Of a stretch of DNA of 64,000 nt, positions 49,275 to 60,399 are shown piece after piece. The number at the start of each line of letters is the position of its first letter. Within the stretch, counting starts at the first letter, position 1. The position numbers and the translations under genes are program-made. Source of the stretch: Massalongia carnosa. Its lineage: Eukaryota. Under the pieces are notes generated by a model, which saw nothing but the letters and a program-made list of their open reading frames with translations, was not told the origin of the DNA and ran no database searches. Location: positions 496,001 to 560,000 of the forward strand of contig OZ287080.1 of NCBI GenBank assembly GCA_965645245.1, in the 5' to 3' direction.

Positions 49275-50345
49275 CTAACAGGTTGAAGTGGAAGTTACCG
49301 CCGCTGCTGTTGAGCTGTTAGAGCCAAGGGCCCCGGAGAGGACTGGAGAAGTGACCGAGGCTGCTGAGCCTGCGGAGGTTGAGCCTACGGGTGTGGCTCC
49401 GGATTGAGAAATTATAACACCTGAGCCAGATCCAGGTACATAGAGAGGCGGGCCAGGGATTTGATATTTCAACTTGGTTCCGTAAATCAGGACCTTGATA
49501 CCAGGGTCTGTGGGCGTGTAAAGGGATGTTCCCAGAGTCCCCCCCGGAAGAGGATCAGTACCGTAGCCGGTGACCTTCAACAGGACACAGTTTGGATAGG
49601 CCTGCGCCTGGTTCAACTTCGAAGCTCCCATCAGGGCCAGGATCTCGTGACGGAGGATATACCCTCCCGGCGCAATCGAAGATGGGATGGTGACGGTGTG
49701 GCGGTTGTCGTTCTCTCGGAGTTGGTCAGCTCCCCAGAAGCCGGCGTCGCTGTCCGTCGTGCCCACGCTGATCTGGCCGACTTCGGCGATTTTGTTAAAT
49801 TTAAGCTTTGTCTTGTCAACTTTGGTGCAATCGCCATTGCAATTGGCGAGGTAGTCCAGGACAGGGCCTTTGTGGCTCTCGGGCCAGGGGGACCACTGAA
49901 GATGGATATCATCTCCAGCAACGACTTCCAGAGACTCCGTACCAGGGGTGGCGCCAACGTGGCAGATAATGTCCGGATTGGTGAATTTATCGGGAGTAAC
50001 GAAAGCGGTTTTTAAGATATCATGATCTCTAAAGCCACAAGTTGGCATGGTGGCTTGACTGAACGCGTAAGGATTATAAGCTGGGCAGCTGTGGATCATC
50101 ACGTCAGAAAATATAGTTCACCAAAAGGTAATTCGGGCAACCTCAAAATCAGAATTCAATATGTGGACAAGATGGAGGGGCGTTTAATGATAGGCTGAGC
50201 GAAATTGCATCGATAAACGATAGGAGTTAATACTAGGGGTAGCTTACCTTTTCCCACCAGATTCTATCTTAACCAGATGCCCATGGGCGGCCACGCGGGC
50301 AACAAGGCCGAGAGCGACTAGAAGACTAGCTTTGATGACTGGCAT
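49275..50345 (-). CDS. AA9 (GH61) lytic polysaccharide monooxygenase
   Basis: Exon 50345-50248, intron 50247-50089, exon 50088-49275. Signal peptide ending RVAA then His1 (HGHL), PDIICH, WPESHKGPVLDYLA, LRHEILAL..AQAYPNC, YQIPGP and an S/T-rich tail. Confidence 0.92.
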
Positions 50346-53172
50346 CGTGACAGGAGGCTAAATCACGCTTTTCTTCTAATTTTCGGGAGTTTTATATCTT
50401 AAAGAGGCTAAAGGACAATAGTGAAAGGCAAGGCTTCAATCAATGAAGCCAGGAAGCTGTTCCAAAGGTGCTGTTAATGAGTATATAATGAAAATTGCCA
50501 GAAAGGCAACTTTGAGAGAAGAATAGACAGCGAATTGGATTCAAAAATAATGGAAGAGTGAATAGAACCTGCAACGAGCAGCAGGTTTTATATAGGGAAA
50601 ATGGCCTGCCATGCCAACAGAAACCAAGCGACATTGCCAGGACCAACATCTTTCACGTCCAGTCCTCGCATCTGCTCCGGGTTCCTGCTTTTTGGCAGAC
50701 AATCGTCGCGCTGATTTTCGAAGGAAAACAGGAAAACACAAAAACAAAACCACCCTAAGGGACAGGATGTCTAGGGTCCGGGTGGATATCATGTCGAATT
50801 CTGAAACTCTTATCTTTGGAGACGCCAAGATCCAAGCTTTCGAAGTGCGGGAGAGGCTCATTAAACGCTTTGAAGTTTTTAGCCGCTCGTTAGAGATATT
50901 ACTTGACGGGATCTGATCTACACTACTCTGTACATCACATACCTAATCTTATTAAATGTCGATGAGTGGGTCTTCTCATCCACCTACTGCAAAGAATACC
51001 CTAAAAATTATAGCTGATTGCAAAGATGGTGAATGCACGAGACCGCTCTCTGCTAAGCCCAACTGCAGACGAAGAAGAAGAAGAAAAAGCATTGCCAACA
51101 CGGGACAATAAGCTGCTTTGGGGGTTCGTGTACTCGATTGTCCTGATCGTCTTAGTGAAGGGTTGTGGAAGAAAGAAACAGGGTATGCTTGACGTCTGTA
51201 AATGATTGACTCTCATCGTTTCGGCTTTGGCTTTCATTGGTCGTTAATGCGGACACCAATATTCTCGTTGTTCCAAGCCAACGCTGTAAAAAGTTAAAGT
51301 TAACCTTTATCAAACGCATTGACTCAGTAAACCCAGCGCCGATTCTGCACATGTTGTAGTTCATGGGCTCTCTGACCACCCCTATGTGCGCCGAGCACCT
51401 TTTAGGGACGCCGAGCTTTTCCTGGGCACCTTCTCGCGGGCGCCGAGCTGAATTTATGTCATTCTGTATGTATGCGCACGTCGGACGCACATTGCGCGTA
51501 CGTCACATGTGACACGACAACAAATATCATGTCGCATGATTATCGCGCGTTATATGTTGTGATTCGCGCGAATCAATCAAATATAAAAACAATAACTGAA
51601 ACTTTGATGTTCGTCACGATTTGATAAAGTTGTAGTTAAATGTCCGTGCGCATGTACGAACATGAAAATTTTCGCTGTTCGACGAGCTCAGCCAATTCAG
51701 ACAGCTCAGCAAGCCTCGGGCCAGCTACGAATGCACTGTACTTGCTACGGATGCTCTAGACTAGCTACGCGCGCACAGTACTTGTTCCGAGCGCAATTTA
51801 AGCCTCGAGCTAATCCCGAGGTAATCCTGAGAAATACTCGCAGCATTTCTATCGTTGCGTCATCCCCCCAGATGAAAGTGTGAAAGGAACAATACTTAGT
51901 CAGCAGACTAAGTTCTATTCTACTATAACTGGGAATCACCTGTAGGTTCCGTCCGGTCGGACCGTTACAGGTTCCCGATTCGCCGATGTCAAGTAATTAG
52001 TATTAAGTGATGTATTTAATTATCGACAATTACATAATTGCTATCTGACTAATCACTTTATTGAATGAAAAAATGTAATTTACTTTATTCTTTACAACGC
52101 GAATTACGTAAATAGCATGAAAAAGAAGAAGAAAAGAAGGAAAAACCCAAACCTAAAAGGTTCAGGGCTTGCGTGCTAAGCGGAACGACGCACGTCTCCA
52201 GTTCTGAAACTTGCAATCGTGCGGTTCAAAGCCGAAATGCCTAACTAACTAGCCCTTTACAGATTAGGCAAACCCCTGGGAAGAAGATTAACGAGTTAGA
52301 TAGGGCTAGTAGCCCTGTAACGATCGAAGTTAGAAAGCAACCTACTGTAGTGGAGTACGACTGCTGGGATCGGGAGAACAGGATAGGGTAGCTGGAATCT
52401 CCAAAGGCACGTCACCAGGGATTTACTCAGGGTGTTTCAGTATTTAGTATTTTACTCTATTACAATAGTCCTTCCACTTTGCATGGAACTATCCGCATAT
52501 GCAGTCCTTAATTATCTTGTTTGATCTCTTGAGACATGGTCTATTTCATTTTTCCATCAGTATTCCAATTCCTTCAATTGACAGCTACATCCGATATTTC
52601 TTAGCAATTCCGATCAATTCTATGTCAACAGCATTGCCGGCACCAGCCTTTTCATTTACTCTAGTTCTTGACGGCTATTGGAGAAAAGATCTAGACTGTA
52701 AACTTAGGCGACAATTAGGCTATATCGCTACCAGTCAGGGGATTTCCCCTTAGAACTCTCGACCGAGTTCCTCCATCCAAAGCCTCAGTGGCGAGTGCCA
52801 GACCTGCTCTTTTCCTGCTCGAGACTGGCCATAATACTCTCTTGATTATTAGTGCAACCCTAGCCAAAGCCATGCTGTTGCCGAGGGCGGGGCTTCTTTA
52901 TTTTTTTTTTCGCTTTACGACTCAACGTCGTCGCCATTGCGATTGACTCGCTGGATCTGTAGTCGAGGGCTAGACTTAGGAAAGACAGGAGGACGAATCT
53001 TTTGTGGATCAGAAGTTTGGAATCCGGCTTGAAGTGTATTGGATGCAGGATGGAACGCTTCCATTCCAGGTAGGGTTTCCGCATCGCTTTGGGTTCTTTG
53101 AGTCCCTAGCAAAGCGCCATAGCACCCAAGAGTAACTTTGGGGGCTCAAATACGGAGTACATCACAACCTTA

Positions 53173-54978
53173 CTTAGTGCTAGCCAGCCATACAACCCAA
53201 AATGCTACTCCTCTACATACATCGGGGTTTTTTTCAACAATTCCTTCAGTACTACCTCCCATCTTTTGATGCTATTCATACTTTTGGTCATCTTCAACTT
53301 TCGATGAGCTTTGGTTTGTTTAGCCACCTTGCCCAGTGCCAAAGAATATCGCTTTCCCCATGCGATCATTCGATCCTTCTCCCTCTGAGCCTCCAGATTC
53401 TGTCTATCACGAATCATTGATCGAGCCTTTCGTGCAATAAGTATGCCCCCAATCTGAAGTACCTTATTGCTCTCTCGTTTGCGTGCTTTTCGAACCTTTT
53501 CGGCCTTTGTTTGTTGATCCCATCGTTGTTCGAGAAGTTCTCCTTTTCGGACTTCCGAAACAGCCCCCTTTACAAAATTTGCTATCATTTGTGTAAGTTC
53601 ATCCGAACAACGGGAATGCATCATAATGTCTGCGGCTACTGTACTAAATTGTCTGACAGTTCTAGGGGTCTCTTGTATTGATTGAATCGACGAAGGTGGG
53701 GCAGTCTCGCGGGGGGGTGGTAAACTCTCTCTGACCTTTTGAAGAACCACCTCTGGATTATATGGAATTAGGCCGGTTTTTCTCGATGCAGACGAAATCG
53801 TTGTTGATTTGAAGGCCTTTGCCCGAAAGGTGTTGAATGCAGCCAGAAATTCCACCTTCGAGAACGTTTCATCACCGTTCTGAATGGCCTCATTGACAGC
53901 CTCGGAATGCCAATGCTTTAAAGGCTGAAACACACATACATCAAGCGGTTGCAATAAGTGAGTGTTATGTGATGGTAATCCAAATGGAATGATGTTATGA
54001 GCGTCACAATACTCTAAAAACTCACGAGTATGATGAGATCCATGTCCATCCATAATCAACAGTCTCCATGCCCCCTTTCGAATGTTTCGAGAGTGTTTAT
54101 CGAAGTGTTTGATCCATTGCAAGGCCAGCCAGTCATTTGAATAACCTGATTCAGCAGTAGTAATAAGAACATCGCTAAGATCGTTGAGGAAAAAGGGAGC
54201 GAGAATGCTGATACCAGTCAAAATCAGCATAGGGGGAATGTCTCGTCCAGTCCCATTGATACATTCCACTCCGGTCAGTGATTCTCTGTTTGATGGATCG
54301 TTATTATAGATCCTTCGGTCTTTTGATGCACTGACTATCCAATCATTACGTGCCATGTCAATGCGATACCCGGTTTCATCAAAATTCCACTGATCTTGAG
54401 GATCTATGCCATACTCATCAATCACCTCTTTGTATTTTGTAAAGTGAGCCATTAGCAGCTCCAAATCATGCGCATTTTTTCGCTCAACAGCTAGAGGCTT
54501 TCGTCGAACTTTGAATAAATCGGGCTGACGATTTAACCATATCTTGGTTCAATGCGACCCGATCAAAGGAGGCGGTTCCGAAACAGGAGCTGTTTGACGA
54601 AGAATAGAATTTGCTGTGCGATTTCCACCATGTGCAATCGGGCAGGTATTTTCAAAGAGTCCAGGTTCTTGATATACATATATAGGGCCGACTCTTGCTC
54701 AGGTTTCAGACGTCTAGTATGCAGTCCTCGTATCTCTGATTTAGATGGGACTCCATGATATCGAGAACGAAGTCTTTCTCTAGGCACTTTAAATTCTCGT
54801 GTAATTGCTCGAAGTTTCGCGTTTTTCCGCGTGTTTAAGGCGTCAATAGCCTTCGTAATGCGACTTTCGATTTCGGTATATGATTCAGGCATGGTGGTGA
54901 TGGATGATAAATTGTTAAAAGGTGAATGGTTGAAATTTGACGATTTGGGTTGTTTGGCTGAGTTGGGCTAGCACTAAG
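53173..54978 (-). mobile_element. Fot1/pogo (Tc1/mariner superfamily) DNA transposon with disrupted transposase (54892-53205)
   Basis: N-terminal HTH (LRAITREFKVPRERLRSR) and DD35D triad (WNFDETG, IMDGHGSH, LQPLDV). Frameshift near 54600 and an in-frame TGA near 54550. Imperfect inverted repeats CTTAGTGCTAGCC..AGCCA.ACAACCCAAA at 53173-53201 and 54944-54978. Confidence 0.9.
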
Positions 54979-57719
54979 CGATGCGAACCGAGCGATGTGG
55001 GTGGCACTGATTGAGATGTGAAAGCAACATATTTCGTTCTAGTACTCCGTTTTTCGTTGGGTCCAGCACATGGTATGTAATACCAAGACAAAGCTAGGGA
55101 TAAACGCAGTGACAGGGAACGTGAAGGTGAATCACACCATTAAGGTAGGAGATCATTTCATGGAATAGAAACTCTGCAGCGGTGGGACCCATTCAACGAT
55201 AATCAAGGAGAAGGGTGATTGTTCTTGTTTACAGAGTAGAGAGTAAATAACCTCCCTCCCCTCCAATCATAATTGTGTACCGTTGCAGCCAATCAATAAA
55301 TCTGTGGTATCTTGCTCAATCTTGCTCCTTTTACCAAGCAGGCCGATTGCTGACTCCTGCAGTTATCTGAAGAGGGCAAGGGTTCATCTCTAGCTGCAAT
55401 ACATAAGGTATCCGATTTCTTCGCCGTTTCCGCACTCTAGAGGGGAAAAGTTCTCATCCGGCCAGCCTTTTGATATTTGACCGCCAGACCTTTACGACGC
55501 CGCTCTCAGCCAGACGCAAACATTATTTAGGACGTAAATGGATCTAACCAGTTCTCAAGAGAACCATTAACTGAAGTAGTGCTCTACCCCCCCTGCAAAG
55601 ATACTAATTGTGACATTATGCACAGCAGCCATCAATACGTTATTTACAAGCCAACGTCAGCAGCTTCGGATGAGCTCTTTCAAAGAATTGATATATGAGA
55701 CAGCCCTCCACCCAAATCATGATTAGTAAAGAAACAAAAAGAGCTTGGCATAGCTGCTTCCTCACAGCTCGGCGGCCCCGATTCGAGAGGTCAAGGAGCT
55801 TTGCACACTGATGGTTTTCTCAATCAGTAAAGGATACTGTTCTACTTGGCTATCACCAATGAATGACCCATATCTTACGCGAAGGCTGCGTGTTCGACCA
55901 GGACGAATCGGCATAGAAGCTACCCAAGAGTAGGCAAGATAAGACTTTGGGGATGAAGAAAAGGCTTTCAGACGGATAGCTTTCTGATATCACAGAGGCT
56001 GGCTGAGTGTTAAGAGGGCTGGCTTGATTATTGGACGAGAAAAGACGCTCTGACCAATGCATTGAGACCTATGTACAAGAAGAGAAAGAACTCATACCTG
56101 AGTGTGATGCAGACAGTACTCTGTATAGTGTTTGAGAGCTAGATTTCCTGGGGTATATCTTGACTCAGGCTCGACCAATCAAACTCCCAGAAGCAACCAC
56201 ATTTCCCATGCACACCTAAGAGAAAATGCTAGAAATACGGCGACTTTGCATGCAATGGGTAGCTTAGGACAGTCTGTCACATCCATCCTCGAGCTGTACA
56301 TGTAAGCTTGGGTTAACATCACGATCCGCTCGCTTGTGTCAAGGCAAAGCTGATAGTTTTCAAGGGTAAGCTTTGCAGAACGCCCCTGCGCTAAGCTTGA
56401 CGCAGAGAACAATGCAGTAAAGATGCTTGTAACCTCACCAGAGCGGACAAGCTTCGTTCTACCTTCCGGGAGTGCCGAGAATAACGAAGCTCCCTAAAGG
56501 CCATAGTGAGATGCGGGGTAATGGATAACCTAGTCACTCTAACCGAGGCTGTCTGGTCAATGACACTAGCGCTTCCACAACTCCTAGCCACTAGCCTGGG
56601 CAGCTTTCCGTGAATTCCCTGCAGCTTTTCGTTCTCATACAGCGCACAGAGATAGAGTACAGGTCGGCCAGGAAGCGTGCTTGTTTCCTATTCAGGTTAA
56701 CATGAAACAGAGGTGTCTGACCAATAGGAGTCTCCCGCACCTAAATATTTAGGTAAATACTATCCCTATCATGGATACCACAGCGGATTTGGTGTAACGC
56801 TAACCTGACTAGGGAACAGACGCACTTCTGGGCGACCCATATAGAGTACTCCATACCGATTGGACCAAAGCGTCTTATCGATCCGTGGTACCAAGTACTC
56901 CATACAACAAACGTGTGAGCCTGTGATTGACCTGCAACCGATCATGTACGAGATGAAGCGATGCCCTGGATCGCTTTCTGCACACAGTGCACGACAACGG
57001 CTGAAGATACCTTCCAAAGAATATGTCCAAAGTAACGACCCAAAAGGAAGGATCATCCGTCCCAAACCTTACGGTCACCATTTGGATGGTCAAGACATGT
57101 GCAAACCGTGTTTAATATTAAGCTAGCTATCTGATGGGCGCGCGCCCATTACTCGGGAGTCCAATGACATTTGCTGAGAGTTAGATTTTCAATCGCAGCT
57201 GGAAAGAGGTTCGTTGTTGGGAAACGTCAGATTTCTTCAGCTGCGTAACTGAAAGCGCCACGAACGAATCGCTAGATCTGACATGCCTGAGCCAGGAACG
57301 TGGTGTGACCATGAACCCCACTTTTCAACTCAACATGTGATGTCCTTCAGGCTCAACGATTGTCGTCTTACGAACTTTGGTGACAAATCTGTATAACCGC
57401 ATTTGGTTGTTGGCTGGCCTGGAGCAACCACCTGCCGCTTCTAGTGGCGCGACCTAAAAGAAACCGTAAGCGCTTTCCATCAGCGAACGCCACTGTATAC
57501 ATGGCTGGCTGACATGCTGAGGGGTTTGTGTAACCGTGAAAGCGTTGTTAACGCTTGCGCGAGTTTGAACGGGTGTTTCTCCAAAGCTACCCTGGAGAGC
57601 GGAGCTGTCTAGCTCTTTTCCGCTTGAATTTGATATCTATATATGTCAAGGATCTGACGGTTCTTGGCAACGCCTCCCCAGGAGTTTTAAATTTGAGAAT
57701 ACATCGGCATCCGACCACG

Positions 57720-60174
57720 ATGAAGCTCCTTCAAGACTGTTGGATAGCCCTCCTTGAGCTATTTAACGTTCTTACGCTTTCTTCACCGTCTAGCCGATCG
57801 GCTTTACAGCAGCCTTTGGAGAAGTCAAGATTTCATTTATTCAACAATGTGGAGCATCGGCCGATTTTCTCGCCTCCGAGTCACCCGGAGAACCCGGACT
57901 CTACAATTAAATGTGATTATACAGCTTTAGGAAACGAATGGGAACCCTGCTCGACACCCACAAACCGATCCTGTTGGCTTAAAGGACCCAAAGGGGAGGT
58001 GTTTGATATTCACACAAATTATGAGATTAAGTATCCAAAAGGAATCAAACGCAAGGCAAGTGGGCGTGGGGGTTTTTCCCTTAAAAACAAGACAATATTG
58101 ATCATGATCGCTGATTGTAGGAAAACCGAGAATTTAGTATTTCCTTGAAGCTAGCGCCCTAAAACTCGATGCCGATGGGGTAGTAATGCCATGGGGAAAG
58201 GTCTTTAATGGGAAATACCCTGGGCCATGGATTCGTAGGTTCCCATCGGGTTACCTTTTTCATGAACGGTAATTTGACTTTGACTCTTCAGAGGCATGCT
58301 GGGGCGACGAGATAGGTGCAACCCTCTTGACGGTCTGCGTGGAGGCGACTAGTTGACAGCCCATAGAAATCACGGTGCGGAACGATCTCAAGTACAACGG
58401 GACTACAGTCCATTGGCATGGCATCAGACAGTTTGAAACCATGGAAATGGATGGTGTTAATGGTGTTACGCAATGTCCGATCGCCCCCGGGGAAGAGTAT
58501 ACCTATAAATTCCGGGCATTGCAATACGGCACTTCTTGGTATCATAGCCACTACTCCATACAATATGGGGATGGTTTGGTTGGACCCTTGACAATCCACG
58601 GCCCGGCAGCCGCGAGCTACGATAAAGCAATTGATCCAATCCTCATGACCGATTGGAATCACAGGAGTGGGTTTATGGATTTTCAGAGTGAAATTGATGG
58701 AACCGGCCCACCGAAGATGACAAGTATCCTACTCAATGGTCTGGGTAAGTTACCGAGATTTCCCGGTCAAAACGCTCCGTTTTGACAGGATCAGGAAGCT
58801 ACGCAGGCGGAGCAAAGGGAGGCCTCAAATACACCGTGACTTTTGAACGAGTAAGAACTCTTGCCTGTGATTTGACATGTTCGCTAAACACAATACCAGG
58901 GCAAAAAATACCTCCTGCGCTTGATCAACACATCGGTCGACACGACGTTCGTGTTTGCTATTGATCACCATAACATCACTGTAATGAGCAGTGACTTCGT
59001 ACCGATCAAGCCTTATGTGACGGACCATGTCGTGGTTGGCATCGGTAAGTATATGTTACCATCCATAAACCAAATAGCCCGATTAATATGAGAATACAAG
59101 GCCAGCGATACCACGTTGTTGTTGAGGCGGTGCCATTTGACGAGAATGGCAAACCCGAGGAACCCAGAGAATACTGGATGCGAACGATACCTGCCACCGG
59201 TTGCTCGAGCTTTGAGCTTGGCGGCACTCCAGATGAAAGACAGGGCATAGTTTACTACAAGGAGCACAGTCACGTGTTCCCTACAACTCCCAGGAAAGAC
59301 ATTTCGCTCGCATGCCGGGATGAACCCTACGAAAAATTGGTCCCTATTCTTCCATGGAAGGTTGGCAAAACCAAAAACGCCGGTAAGCTAAGAATTTCCC
59401 CTTCCTAGGGTCTACTCCCACCTACGCATTACTGATTGACGCTGCCATAGAGGTAGAAAACTTATTCGAGGTTGGTATTGATCATCCCAAGTTCCCTAAC
59501 GGACGCCCATTACCCACAGACCAATTTGCTCGATGGGCCATTGGAGAGAGACCCCTATATATAAACTTTTCCGATCCCACAATTCTTAATCTGAAAAACA
59601 CAACTTGGGACCCGAACCTTGTTGTCGTTCCCAAGGATTACCCCGAAAATGCATGGATTTACCTGGTTCTCACGACCAGCAAACATAATGATATCGACCG
59701 TGTTTTCGTCCCCGCCGCTCATCCCGTAAGCCAAGACCACCAACGAGAGCCCCTTGCATTTCTGAAGCCGACTAACCCGCCCCCGGGATGCAGATTCATT
59801 TACACGGGCATGATTTCGCTCTGCTGCAGCAATCGAGCCAGCTTTACAGTTCCGACCAGCTCAAACCCAACTTCGAAAACCCCCCCCGTCGAGACGTGGT
59901 TCTCCTCCCCGCCGGCGGCTTCATCGTCATCGCCTTCAAAGCCGACAACCCCGGCTCCTGGCTCCTGCACTGCCACATCGCCTGGCACGCCTCTTCGGGG
60001 CTGGCCCTGCAGATCCTCGAGCGCCAGGACGCGCTGCGGGCACACTTGCCAGAGTCGCGCCTGAAACCCGTCAGAAAGGGCTGCGAGGAGTGGAAGCAAT
60101 GGTTCTCGAATGTGGACAATTTCTGGCATCCCGAGGGTGGGGTGGAGATGTTTCAAGACGATTCGGGCGTTTGA
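57720..60174 (+). CDS. Multicopper oxidase / ascomycete laccase (AA1)
   Basis: Exons 57720-58055, 58138-58234, 58292-58315, 58367-58744, 58789-58850, 58900-59044, 59101-59382, 59450-59725, 59794-60174. Copper motifs HWHG, WYHSH, HP/IHLHGH and HCHIAWHASSGL; C-terminal DSGV. Confidence 0.93.
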
Positions 60175-60399
60175 AAAAGGAAGAGTGGGAACCGGGCACG
60201 CTTGCGCTGTTGAGCGCGAACGATAAACGAGGGGCTCTATGGCGCGCTCCGGGCCTTCTCACATTCTTTCACGGTGGGAAGAGACGGGTATCTGGGAGTG
60301 CTTGCTTGCTAGCTAGTCGTTCATTCATTCTGGGCAAACGTTTAGATCGCTTTACGTTTTACTATTTTCAGTATAATGAGGATGATGAAAATGAGGAAG

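Noticed and set aside
34900..57500. Starship-like giant mobile element
   Set aside because: No DUF3435 tyrosine-recombinase captain or boundary repeats recognised in the window.
14777..60174. Secondary-metabolite or aromatic-degradation gene cluster
   Set aside because: No PKS, NRPS or terpene backbone gene and no cluster transcription factor. The dioxygenase, P450 relic and laccase are separated by housekeeping genes.
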